A stretch of DNA of 63,997 bases, counting the filler, from Mitosporidium daphniae (taxonomy: Eukaryota), in NCBI RefSeq assembly GCF_000760515.2. It is 5 parts of 5 records of this genome, joined end to end, with 100 filler letters (N's around TTAATTAATTAA, not from the genome) between each part and the next. Parts side by side here need not be neighbours in the genome. Positions count along the whole stretch, not along the records: positions 1 to 15,345 come from NW_013546718.1; 4 more parts are not named here. One strand, written 5' to 3'. The notes beneath the pieces were generated by a model. It did not search any database. It was not told the DNA's origin and was given only the letters and a program-made list of their open reading frames with translations. How positions within the stretch are numbered: the stretch's first letter is position 1; every line of letters starts with the position of its first letter. The position numbers and the translations under genes were made by a program. Positions 1 to 12,453 of the stretch are shown here, piece after piece.

Positions 1-155
1 GTTGCATGGATCCTTAAAACTATATCCTCTGTATGGCTTTCAGCAGTAGCGGTCGAGGTGGTAGCGACTATAGATCTTGGGCGACCAGCCATTGATCGCC
101 AAATAAATTTTGTAGCACGTTTTATTTTTTAAATTACACTTAGGGTTACATATGT

Positions 156-848
156 TTACAAATTTACAATGCTGATCCTTTTGCTTGGACCGCCAATCAT
201 TGAGACGGCAATGCACAGATCATAGGGATCATTCTCTACGTCCGCAAGTGTCTGAGGATTGGAAGCGCGGACAAGTTTGAAGACAAGTCCCCTTTTAGAA
301 AAGCCCTCGGTACATGCATCCAAAAATATACGGACCCGCAAAGCATATCCAACGAATGCTCGCTCATACGACCTTGCAGTCATCCAAAGCGGGATAAAGA
401 GAAGAAAGCCGATCCCACAAAGCAATAAGGAAAAGGAAAGGCATGCAAGTTTCCTGAAAAATTTTAGCCTGCTTGGAACGTCCTCGGTAATTGTGGGCCC
501 ATTTACCAAAGCAAGGAGATCCCTCCACTCGTCAATGGAAAGCAATGGATACCCAGAGTTATCAACCAGTAGACCTCTATTATATGGGCCATAAAATTCA
601 AAGGAACCGTGGTAAAATTGCGCCAGCATGCCTCCAGCAACTATCGAGGGTGTTCCCTCCACCAAAGGAGTGGCTGGTCTATTTTCCAAGGGGGGAATAC
701 CGCTCTCCGGTTCCTCATCAGGCTCAAGGTCCTCATTGCTATTTTCAAGATATTCAATTGTTGTGAAAGAAGCAAGCGATGCCCTTGCTGATGGATACAC
801 GTGTTCCGAAGCTGAAAGAAAAGGATTTAATGACGTCGTTATGCTCAT
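156..848 (-). CDS. Membrane protein, possibly Erf4/GOLGA7-like palmitoyltransferase accessory subunit
   Basis: 230-aa intronless ORF with an acidic N-terminus. The pattern 'LSIDEW...VN', a Cys-containing hydrophobic hairpin (LACLSFSLLLCGIGFLLFIPLW) and 'FSKRGLVF' resembles the Erf4 domain layout. Confidence 0.4.
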   Translation of the reverse strand: MSITTSLNPFLSASEHVYPSARASLASFTTIEYLENSNEDLEPDEEPESGIPPLENRPATPLVEGTPSIVAGGMLAQFYHGSFEFYGPYNRGLLVDNSGYPLLSIDEWRDLLALVNGPTITEDVPSRLKFFRKLACLSFSLLLCGIGFLLFIPLWMTARSYERAFVGYALRVRIFLDACTEGFSKRGLVFKLVRASNPQTLADVENDPYDLCIAVSMIGGPSKRISIVNL

Positions 849-1942
849 CTTCTCTTTAAATGGAAGATACTAAGCTGGTAGTTGGAATTTTTGATTGACA
901 AATGTGTCTCACATGATTGGTGAAATAAAAGACAAATAAATAGGTTAATGTGAAAAATTAATTGCTTTATTAACCCTTTGGTAAATTTTATTTTTCACGG
1001 ACAATTGTGAATACCAATGTGATGTTTTGATTCTTATGGTCCTCGCAACTTTTTGGCTCCAACAAACAAAGCATGTTCATTGATTCAACACAAAAAATAG
1101 CAGTATTTCGAACAAAAGGGATTCGCCATTTTTAAAGCACTTTCATAATATGTTGACGTCAATTTTTTAAGCCGTCTGAATAATTTTACAAGGAAAGCCG
1201 TAAATACAAGCTCGAGAAAAATATATTTAATAAATGTCTCAAAAGAATTACTACAAAAATAGTGCTATATTACAGGAAGTTCTTCCAAATTTGGGCGAGA
1301 CGTACTTTAGGGCTAATGTGAAAAAATAGACCTTGGAAACACAAATAGAGACTTGAATTCGAGCACGTCAGGAGTCCCAAACTGTCCCTTCAATGTGAAA
1401 ATCAGTACTTTAGAAGGAACCTGGAATGAAACGTGCATGAGAAAGAAGAAGCACACCATTAAAGATGCTTTATTAATCACAAAGATCTATTGGAAGGAAA
1501 TGAAAGTGCTTTTTATGTAACAATATCCAATACACAACTCAGTATGCAGATGGTTAGACACATGTGGCGCCTTATAGTTTCCAATTAAAAGGCAAATGCC
1601 TTTTTAGAAATAGAAGCAAGTGAATACAGAGATCGATTTGTATTTGGGGCTATCTAAACCGACCAAATTTGTATTAGAGAGGGGCATTCAAAAATTTCGA
1701 GCCAAAAGTAACACGCACTTGCGTGAATTAATTATGCCATTTAATTTCTTTAACGCCGAAATGCAAGGGAGAACTTTCGCAACTAGGAAGAGAGTTTTAC
1801 AAGGAAAAATTCCAAAAGGCTTTTTTGATACTCAAATTGCACGGTGTAAGATGTACCTTGACATATCTCGATGCAACTATTTTGCAACCATTATAGGCTG
1901 GAACAAGAATATTAGCTTAATCTACAGATAGTTTATATAAAG

Positions 1943-4340
1943 TTAAGAATTCCGGGACGATGTTGCAAAAGCGGAGATTCTGCTGAAAAGGCTTGATACG
2001 GAAACAGGCTCGCTCCGCTCAATCTGAACAGGCTGTTGAATGTGATGATGCAAAAAAGGAGATGGCGGCTCAACTCGTTCAAAGTCGTTCGCAGATAAGT
2101 TACCCGCTTCGATGTTGAGTTCCTTATTTTCGGCGGTCTCTTCGTCCTCGGCTTCCTTAGAAAACGCTATAATTTCTTTGGAAAAATCCATTGGGATCCC
2201 CTCTTCATGTTCTATTTTCAGCTCTTGCTCCAGGAAATTTGGTTTTTTAACCGAAATCGCAGGAGAAGATGGTGCTATGATAAAAGCAGATCGCTTGTGC
2301 AAGGTCTCTGGAGAAAGCATAGGAAGGAGTGGCTGGCTCTCTCGAAGAAAATCTTTTCCGCGAGGCGACCAGAGTCCACGCGAATGACCTTTTGAAGTTG
2401 AGGGATATGAAATAGACCTCGTCAACGAACCTCCACATAAGGAAGAGCCTGCAGAGGCCGTCGTGGATGACTTTTTCCGAATTATGCTTTTTGCATGCTC
2501 TAGGGAGCGCCGTAGACGGTTCAGCTCTTCTTTGTGCTCTCGCTCCACAATTCGTAACTGTCTCAGCTCTGCTTCGCGCTGTTCAAACGCTACTCGCAAT
2601 CGGGTCATCTCTTCAGTCAACTGCTGATGAGTTCGATTCTTCTCTACACGCGTAGATTGCAATGTCGATCTAAGCGTGGTAAGCTGATGCGAGAGCAACT
2701 GAACCTCCTGACTGGCTTTAATGGCCGATGCTGAAGATGAGGTGGTAGATGTGCGTGCCGTCGCCAACTTTGCCGAAGCAAGTTCTCGACTCAGCTCTCG
2801 GATCTTGGTTTCGTATTTTTCACGAAGGGTTTTGGAGAGCCCAATTCCAATTCTGCTTTCTGCCAAAATGGTGGACCCAGCACCGCTGGAATCCTTTTTT
2901 AGATTGGATATTTGTTCTTGGAGAAAGATTAATTTAGCCTCATATGATGCCCGCAGAGCAGCAATATTCTCCTCAAGCACGGTGGGTGAGGTGTGTACAG
3001 CTCCTTGTAGGGTGTCACTATCGCCTCCTTGAGGCAAAGGTTTCCTCACAAGCGCACGAAGCTCGAAATTCTCTTTTTTCAAATTCATAACTTGCTTCTT
3101 CAGCTGTGCCACCTCAAAAGCAGAACAGGACATATCCATATTCACATGAGCATTGTTGCGGATATTCTTTGCGCGCGCAGCATACTAAAAAGTAAGCAAA
3201 CGTCAAAAAATTAAAAGAATCAAAATGGAAAAGTAAAGTGTTCGAATGTCATTACAAGTTGTTGATACCTTCAGTGTATTGACGGACTCACTGAGAGACG
3301 CTTCATCAGGAGAAATACACGCAATCATAAGCGTGCAAGAATTCCCACCCAGTGCATTTTGAAGCAGCCTCGTTAGCTTTGAGTCTCTGTAGGGGATATG
3401 TTCATTCCGTCCTGCAGAGAGAGCGGAGATGACATTTCCAAGCGCCAAAAGACCCCCGTTAATGGAAATGGCTTCTTTTGCTCGCGCTCCCTGCGCATTT
3501 GTCCGCTTTAAACGCTCCGAGCCGGCAAGATCCACAAAATGAAATCTAGAAACTCTTGCCTCGCCATTCTCAATTTGTTGGCGCAAAATAAGCGATAAGA
3601 TTGCATGCGACCGGGAAGAGCTTGCATTCATATCAGTTGCACCAGTAGTGCGCGCAAGTGTCCCCCTTTTGACGACTCTATTGTTTTAAAGCACTTGTGG
3701 ATACTTGAAAAGATCGGCTGGCATTGAGACCTGCTCTTCGTGGCAGCCTGCAAGATATATATCGCCACGGGAATCTTCGCGAATCACCAATGGCGTAGAA
3801 GGGGTAATAGAAGATCCAACTAGCAGGTCTTTGGCCTTTTCATTATAAATTTCTATGAAAGAGGCAAAAATGGAAGAAGAAGAAGAAGTCAATGATGGTG
3901 ATAATTTCCCAAAAATCTCAATAATAGCTCTGGGAACGATTCCTTGTTCTGTCAGACCCATTTCTGCTGTCGAAAAAATAACGCTCTCCAACCCAGTGCC
4001 CATTGTATATGTTTTCCCAGAGCCTGTCTGCAAAAAAGAATGGAAGTCATACCTGACCATAGGCAAATATGGTTGCATTTATCCCAGAAATGAATATATC
4101 AACTAGAGGCGAGACGAGCTGTGCATACAAGCTTTCTTGCGTGGCATCTACCCCCAATACAGCGTCGAATGTGAAGGAATGCATGGGTGCAACCTCGACC
4201 TTAATGCAATTTTGGGGCTCAACAAGAATTGGAGCCGTATTTCCAGAGCTTCCGAGCCCCGGAGGACGTAGCCGAACGGCTACCTGTACCCGCTGTGGAA
4301 CAAGTGTCGGCTCAGGAGGTCCTGGAATGCCCTCCATCAT
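1943..4340 (-). CDS. Kinesin-4 family (KIF4/KIF21/KIF27-like) motor with coiled-coil tail, 4 exons
   Basis: Motifs [50 protein letters not shown] and [12 protein letters not shown]. Introns 4028-4052 (25 nt), 3678-3704 (27 nt) and 3185-3268 (84 nt) restore the frame. Confidence 0.93.
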
Positions 4341-4657
4341 CAAATGGTAAAAATTAAAATGCACCGAGGCGAAATTGGCGCGAAATCGATTCCTCATATC
4401 CGTCTTTTCCTTTCAACTTACTTTTTTCGTAGCATTGGAAATATTCCTTAGTTTTTACACATGAACCTCGGCTCTTCGTCTAATTTACATGCAGTATGGG
4501 CATGTAATCACTAGCAGTGCATGGGATAGCCCTACAGCGCATAGCCTGCTATGTGATATGATTGGTCACGTCCAGGAAGTGTGATTGGTCAGTCCTTATT
4601 TTAATTGGGGTCAACATCCAAATTCTTCACATTTACAATCATCGCCTTCTGTGGCGG

Positions 4658-5403
4658 ATGGTTGGCGAGCTATACCAAGATCAAGGTCAGAGTCAAGATC
4701 AGGCTCAAGATCAAGATCAAAATCCCGAAATGACCCATTTCCCATGGGAGAAAAATCTGCGGCCACCTGTCGAGATGGCTATGTCCCGCGGCATGCCGAG
4801 GCCGCGAATTGCTACATGGCCCCCCTGTATCCCTATAGTTTGCCACGATATTGAACATGACATTAAAAAAAGCGCCAGACCCATAGTACGACGTAGCTAT
4901 TTTTACTGGCAGTGTATGATGCCTTTCTTTATTTTCTAGTGGTTATTCTGGCTCTTCTTCTAAACGTGGCCTCTTCGAGTCTCCTAGCGGTTTCCGGTAC
5001 ATGGTCACTCAGGGAGCCACTTATTGCGACTTTCTTTCTATTTTTCTACCCAATCTTGGGCTTTTTCGCATGGCATCTTCCTCTATATTCTGCCCTAAGG
5101 CTTAATTCTGGATTATTCTTTGCCTTATGGATACTCTTTTTCCTGGCTCATTTGGCTCTTGTCACTATCATGGCCGTCGGATGGCGGTACATTGGCGCAA
5201 GGTAAGTCAAAATCGGTCCTAAATATAGTGGGATTCTCTCAATTATGGTCACGTTCGCTAAGAGCCAGTTATATGAGCGTATCATGTTTATATCGACTTT
5301 TATGCTGTTCCTGCTCTTATTAATTCTCGGACTGATACACATGCGACAGGTATGGGCCTTTCTCTCGAAAGGGATGAGGCTTGAACCGATTGCACAATCC
5401 TAG
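4658..5403 (+). CDS. SCAMP (secretory carrier membrane protein), 3 exons; start uncertain
   Basis: WPPCIPIVCHDIEHDI...VRRSYFYW motif followed by 4 TM segments. Introns 4914-4939 and 5202-5228. Confidence 0.8.
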
Positions 5404-5588
5404 CCTTACAACACGATCGGGTTTATTGATTACCAATTTCGTCCATCCCGATCATCTCTCATTCGTCCAAGTTTCCATCCATCATTCTCTTTTACGCCGT
5501 CGATTTAAATCTTCTCCACGATTGACTTTAATTTCCTTTCGCATCTAAAAATCCCCTTTTGCCGCTGTCAAAACTCATCTTTATTTGA

Positions 5589-6851
5589 CTAAGGAATATT
5601 CCATAGTGCCTATGGCTAGTTATAAGATCTCTTACAATCGATGAGCAAGCTGTAGCCATGGTGGCATATTTTGGGTTGAATGCTACCGCACTAATGGGCT
5701 TATTGTGCCCTGTTTCCATGAGCGAGACGCCTTTTCCTGTGTTAGATTCCCAAAATGCCACTCTATTGTCTCCTATGGGACCATAAATGAACTGTGAATC
5801 TGGGCTTATAGCAGCGGCAAGTCCTTGAGGGCTGTTTGTACCAGATGTAGCGCCAGGTAAAGCATAAACAGCCCTGGAGGAGCCGTCCCATGCCGAAATT
5901 GAAAAATGATGGGTCCTGCCTATGTACGATGAGTTTGAATATCAAGAATACCTAAGGAATAAAAAGTAGAAAAAGACTCGAGTTGTACCTAGAATGAGAA
6001 TTTTTAGCGGCCAAAGTTATACCTAACATAAGCAATGCTTAGCGATACCTGAAATGAGTATGTAGTTTCCGTCATTAGAAAACTCGAGCCGTGTCCAGCT
6101 GGATATGGGCGGGTTAGTGGCTGGAATTTCCCATATGGAAAACGGACCTCGGCTATATGCACGAGCATCGTATAGCCTCATAGTGCGGTTGTAGGACAAC
6201 GCCACGCCAATCACAATACCTAATGCTGTTACCCCATCATAAGGGCACCTTGGGGATCGAAGCCTACGAGTGGGGTCCCTGTAATCAATGGGATGGATGC
6301 GATCGGTGCCTGGGGTGTCCGAGGATCCCACACCATCACACTATCGTCCACTGCACCGGTAAGGATTGTATCATCCAGCGGAGAAAGCTCCAAAGAAACA
6401 ATCCTATGGTAATTAAGCGGCCACAAACCTGCGCTTGTGTCCAGAAAAAGTGGCGATGTACTTATTTTCCAAAATAGAAAGGTATTTGATGGTATCTTCA
6501 CAAAGATGAGGAAAACTATTTACCTTCTAGTCTAGTGGTGGAATGGTAAAGAACGGAGGGGTGATGTCCCGCTCGAAGCAGATTGATTCCTGTCCGAGAA
6601 ATCCTGTGCACGCTTCGAAGTTCTGGACTTGCAAGAGCCTCAAAGACGAAAAGCGCGTCAACAGTCTCGCTGGCTGCAAGCAACATAGAGCCGGACTTGT
6701 CATATTCCATTGTAGAAATAAGGGGCGCCGTTCCATTAACGGTGCCGAAGAACGGGGTGCTGATCTTTGATTTTTCCATGGCAACGTCTTCGAAGACCTT
6801 TCCTACCCGTAACATCGGGAACGTGGCAGCATTTAACGGACATGAAGACAT
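5589..6851 (-). CDS. SWD2: WD40 protein Swd2/WDR82 (COMPASS/CPF subunit), multi-exon
   Basis: KVFED..., ENKYIATFSGH, LELSPLDDTILTGAVDDSVMVWD, LYDARAYSRGPF, LEFSNDGNYIL, FNPKYATMATAC. ORF pieces are joined by short introns. Confidence 0.85.
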
Positions 6852-7121
6852 GAGCCGGAAAAAAAATTGCAATTTCTTCAACATTTTAATGTGATGTCTA
6901 TAATCCATTTCAGCGTGACAAATATTCTGTTTCCAGCAGATTAAACCCCTTCCAATAACCGGCTAATGATTTTGCTCCAGAAAAAAAGACGATTTCATTG
7001 ACAATTGGCACGTAGTCGAGATTATTCCGATTGCAGCACATTGTTAACCCCATGCACATGTGATTGGCCAAGGCCTGTGTATTAATTTACTTTAAAATTT
7101 TGTCCAATTCGAAATTGTTTA

Positions 7122-7866
7122 ATGCCACCTTGGGGTCAATTCTTTCGGAGGGGGTTTGTCTCCCTTCCACAAAGTTCGCCTCTTGGCTCACGACACTCTT
7201 CACCAGATCTTCTGATGAGAAACAGGAAACTTGCACTTGCTGCAAAATATGCCAACCATCCTGGCGCGCGCTTACTCGATATTGGCGAAAAACTAGCTCC
7301 CCTTTGCAAAGAGCCAAGGGGGTCATTTTCTGCACCTTACAATCGAAAAAATCCTCAGTCATTGGCCAACTATTCATCTCCACAAAGTTCTAAAAAAATT
7401 ATCAACCTTAACTCGCCCTATACTGGACATTCTGTGAGCGTGAATAGTGGCTGGGCACAAGGCTCTCCCAAGCGTCTCAACTTTATTTCACAGATGGTAC
7501 GAGGCCTTTCCATAGAAGATGCCATCCTTCAGATGACGTTTAGCAAAAAACGAGCAGCTCGTAGATTGCTTGCTACGTTGGTTCGTCTCCGTACCCGAGC
7601 TAGAGTTGAGAAAGCCCCGTTGGATCATATGGTTTTATGTATGGAAATTTTCTCTCATAACAATAGCATCGCTGACGGTTGGACGTGGAAAAATTACCAG
7701 AGAAATTGATATCAAGGGACGCGGGCGCCACGGAATCAAAAAACACTACCATTCCCAGGTACGAGTCACACTGTCCGAACCCAATTACGAACGCGAATTC
7801 AAAAAACATTACAAGATCCCCCGCTTTGTTGAACATAAATCTGTGCTTGCCAGAATTGACTACTAA
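7122..7866 (+). CDS. MRPL22: Mitochondrial ribosomal protein uL22m
   Basis: SPKRLNFISQMVRGLSIEDAILQMTFSKKRAA and IDIKGRGRHGI. Intron 7639-7666. Basic presequence-like N-terminus. Confidence 0.9.
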
Positions 7867-8781
7867 GAAGTTAATAAAACATCCCGCTGGCATTAATCAG
7901 ACCACTTTACTTGGATATCAAATCTGGCATTTATGGTGGATTAGGCCATATGATGCTTTGAAAATAAAGTCACTCAAGACTACGATTTTGGATCATCTAA
8001 TGCACTAGATTCGTTCATTCTAACGCTATCGCTAACTGGCAACCAATTTCAAGAGAGTTAGCTGTCAAAGCTGACAATTATTTCTCTATCAGTTGAGAAA
8101 AGAAATTTAATTGATACGTAAAAAAGACCCTGTGCCTGTTAGCGCACCGGATAATGGTTAGGATCGCCACTTTATTAAAAACAGTCATAGCAGTAAATCT
8201 GAACCTAGCTAATAATTCAAAAAATACTCGTATCAAGTTATTTAACAAGCTTAGATTCGAGCTTACTGAAGAATGAGAAGATCGCTGCTTCGCCCTTTAC
8301 GATAGTTTTCGTTTAATCGATTTTAACATACCGCCTTGTTGCTTCAGTTCCGACTTTTTCCGAGTCAGCATAGGCTTTATAAACTTTATTTCTAAACGTG
8401 TCTTCATTTCTGAATCTGACAGCTTTAGAATTGTTGCCACCTTTTTTAGCCTTATTACGGACTGTCTCAGCTTTATTCTGTTAAAGCCAAGTGGCAAATA
8501 CACAATAGTTTAATATGCTTTCAACCGCATAAATCACCATCCTGGTCTTGACCTGGGGCCAGGCTCAAAAAATTACTAGGCATAAAATGACGTGCCACGA
8601 ATTGGGGGTTGATTTTTACTGACACTAAATGAACAATTTTCTTGACCCATGAAAATGTTAATATGATCGCAATGGATAAGTTCAACTTTTTAGAATGTAA
8701 TCCCTCCCCCCTCCCAGTTTACATTTAAATACAAAGTACAGGTAATTTTAATAAACTAAACAATTTGGAGTACTTTTTACA

Positions 8782-11700
8782 ATGGAAGTTGGTAACCCTT
8801 TGTTGAACGTCACTGTTCTCCCAGACCCTATTAAAGGGAAAAGCGACAAGCGGAAATACAGGCAGCTTCGCCTTCACAACGAGATTGAGGTGATAATAAT
8901 TCACGACCCACTTACGGACACTGCAAGTGCTTCGCTAGACGTCGCTGTGGGATCGTTTATGGATCCGCCTCACCGACCTGGACTTGCTCATTTTTTGGAG
9001 CATCTTCTTTTTATGGGCACAGAAAAGTTTCCTGATGAGGCAGAATATCAAACCTTTCTTTCGGAACACGGCGGCTACTCCAATGCATACACGGATGACG
9101 AGCACACCAACTACTTCTTTGATGTTGCATGGCCATTTCTAGAACCAGCCCTGGATAGGTACGCACTACACTGGCTTTAGCCCAAAAATTCACATCTAGC
9201 TTACGTTATTTGTTTTCATTGTTGTGCTTTTTTCAGTCCTTGCTGATCTTCTAGGTTTGCTCAGTTTTTTGTTGCGCCGCTCTTCAGTGCCTCGTGCACG
9301 GCTCGTGAGCGCGATGCGGTGCATAGCGAGCACCAAAAAAACATCTCGGATGACGAGTGGCGTCGTGAGCAGCTCCTCAGGACACTGGCCGACAAGTCAC
9401 ATCCTTTCCATGGTTTTGGAACCGGTAATGCCGAAACCCTTTCTGGAGAGTCCGTCCGTGACGGTTTGTTAACGGAATCTCATTGCAATAGAAATCATTT
9501 CTTTTTATTACACACATTATCGACCTGCCCGTATGCGTCTTGCGGTGTTGGGCCGTCAGCCGTTGGAGATTCTCAGCGGTTGGGTGGTAGAACTCTTCTC
9601 TGCCATTGGGGCTCGCAATGGGGTAGCCTCTGAGACGCTGTTGTCCGTTTCAGAACTAAATCTTCCAATTGCAGCGACCCCATCATCAGTCTCAAAGGAA
9701 AGTTCGATTGATTGCGCAAAATCCACGCCATCTTCTTGCACGAGCATTCAATGCCCAGGTCCTGCTCTGCCTATTCTTGGAGAGGCACGCCTCACTCGGA
9801 TGCTTTGTATAAAACCGCTCCGCAGGCTAGAATTACACTGGACAGCGCGAGATGTCCGCTTAGTCTGGCAACATAGACCGCTTGATTTACTTGCTGAGTG
9901 GGTTGGAGACGAACGCCCCGGATCTCTGTTATCATATCTAAAATCTGCGCGGCTGGCCTCATCACTTGAAGTTGGCGTGCAGGAATTTGTGGGATTTTCA
10001 ACTTTCCATGTCTCATTTGAGATTACACAAAAAGGTCTAAAGCAATGGAAAACCATTGCCCAGCTATTCTTTTACTGGCTACGCTTCGTTCTTGGCAAAA
10101 TGGACGTGCCAAAGCCCGTAGGCCGCTCTAGTAATGATGGCGATTTTGGACTTTTCAGCGAGAATTGTTGTACAAAGCCATTAGATGGTTTTGATAGTCA
10201 AAGTGACCGCGACACATCTCCTTTATTTGCTATGCGCTGGGCAGAACTCTCTGCAGTGCGTGCACAAGAGTTTGACTTTCTGGATCGGATCCATCCGACA
10301 AGCATGGTTTATGAGCTCACCGTGGCTATGCACCGTTATCCGCCTGCAGAACGGTTACGTGGTCATGCAGGCTGGATGTGGGCAATGCCTAGCCAAGCAT
10401 TACTTTGCGAACTCGCTGAGCAAGATCTGACTCCAGCCCGCTGTCACATTATGTTGCTCACAGGCGATGAATGTTTGCACGAAGAAGGGGAGGTTTGTTT
10501 GAATTCTGACGAAAATCCTCATTTGGCTTTAAGTGATGGTTTCTCTACTAACGCTGAAAGCGATATGGACGAGCAAGAAGAAAGGAGCGATATTGAGTCA
10601 GAACAAGAAGAAAGGAACAATGAGGGGTCAGAGCAAGCGGTAGAAAGCGTGATGAGGGAATGTTTAACTCAATTCCCTGAAGTAGAGCCTTGGTATGGCA
10701 CACGTTATGCAACGTGTCTCCTAGAAGCCAAAGATATTGAGATGTTACAGTCTATGCATGGTTGCCTTCCAGTGCCTGCATTTCGCCTACCAGAGCGTAA
10801 TCCATTCATTGCCACAGCCTCTGAACTTGAGGTTGTTGCGGATGGAGAGACCTCGCCTTTACCGAAAGAAATTGCTCCTGGGCTCTGGTTCAAGCGTGAC
10901 GATCGCTTTGGACTGCCCAAAGGCATTCTGTTTCTCTTTTTGCGCCAGTCTCAGCAGGGACAAAGCAGTGAAGAGCGCTTTGCTGAATTGTTGCTCCGTG
11001 GTTCTCTATTGCAGGATTTGCTTGCAGAAGAGCTCTATGACGCTTCTTTGGCTGGGCTCGAGTTTGAGTTTCGACGTTCAGGAGCCTCTGTGGCGTCTTC
11101 GAAAGCAATCTCCACAGGCCTTGTAGTCCAAATAAGTGGATTTTCTCCACATCTTTTGGAGATGGCTAAACGTATTGCCACACGTTGTTGTGAAGACCCA
11201 GCAACATTTAATTCTCGAGCCTCAGAGATAGCAATCACGAAGAGCATGTCACTTGGCGAAGGTGAATGTAGGTTTTCCACGGAACGTGAGCGCCTTCAGC
11301 GACGGCTGCAAGGGGAGTCAAAAGAGGCTTCTTTTAAGCAAGCTAGTGCCCTACTTTCGCTATTGTTGACACCTACACACCCAGGCCCGGATGCCGTTCT
11401 TCGAGTTATCGAGGCCATGGATGAGCGTAAAATACGTTTTAACCCATTCGATACATTTGCTTCTCTTATCCATGGAAATTTTACCGAAACTCAGGCACTT
11501 GAGCTTCACCGCTCCCTACTTGATCTAGTCGTCGGCACCACTACAGATGCACATCGGCCAAGCAGAGATTCCATATCGACCCTTTCGGCGCTACATGCAC
11601 CGATCAGGCAACTTCCGGAAGGGCGCCCCGTACTATTAGTACGAAGTGGTGTTCCCGGGCCCAACTGCTGCGTGCACGTATACTTTCAGGTGGGTGTCAA

Positions 11701-12453
11701 TCGTATGGACCGATTTTTTCCTTTTTCATTGGCCTACTGTTTTTTGTATCTTTTTGTACTTTTCTTACATTGTAGCTTGGAGCCATTAAGGCGGAAAAAA
11801 TCGCATTACGGAACTATGCCACTGCATTGCTGCTGGCTCAAATAATGGCAGAGCCTTTCTCTGATCAATTGCGTACAAAAGAGCAGCTAGGGTACCTGGT
11901 GCGGGCTCAACCGCGCCTCGACGGCAATGTACATGGCATTGAACTGGTAGTGCAATCCAACGTAAAGGGGGCAGCTTTTCTTGCTCGCCGTATTTTGGAA
12001 TTTGTCAATGTGGAGCTATTGGCAATCCTGAAGGCTATGCGGAGTGAAGATATGGAGCGTCACGGACAAGCGCTCATTCATCGATTGCGAGAAGAACCTA
12101 CGACGCTTTTATCGGAAGCATTGCCATATTGGGCCTCCATTTGGAGAGGTGATCAGCTCTTCACCCTTGCTGAGGAAACGAGTCATCAAGTTTCGGAGCT
12201 TGCCTCGGAACGCAATTCCGTCCTCAAATTCTTCAAGGAACACATGGTTGAACCTGCGCTACGCCGCATTGCGCTGGTAGTGGTGGAGCCTGAAGAATCT
12301 AGGGATCAAGAGGATACACATGTGCGGGACCTGGTCAATTTAGGATTGCTGCAAGACCCCATTGTGGTTAGCATTGGGGCCGAAGAGACCGTTTCGATGC
12401 ACGACTCCTACTGCAGCGCTCTGGGAAGGCCAGACGCATTCTTTTCAAGCTGA
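8782..12453 (+). CDS. STE23: Insulinase family (M16A) metalloprotease, IDE/Ste23-like, multi-exon
   Basis: KSDKRKYR, PGLAHFLEHLLFMGTEKFP (HxxEH), SNAYT, EPWYGT, LPERNPFI and FSDQLRTKEQLGY. Confidence 0.92.

Noticed and set aside
4585..4854. RS-rich ORF suggesting an SR protein
   Set aside because: Alternative frame of the QDQ repeat in the SCAMP gene; no RRM.
7972..8190. Group I intron R/S-like words (CTCAAGACTAC, ACAGTC)
   Set aside because: P7 pairing is imperfect, there are no P/Q elements and no interrupted host gene.
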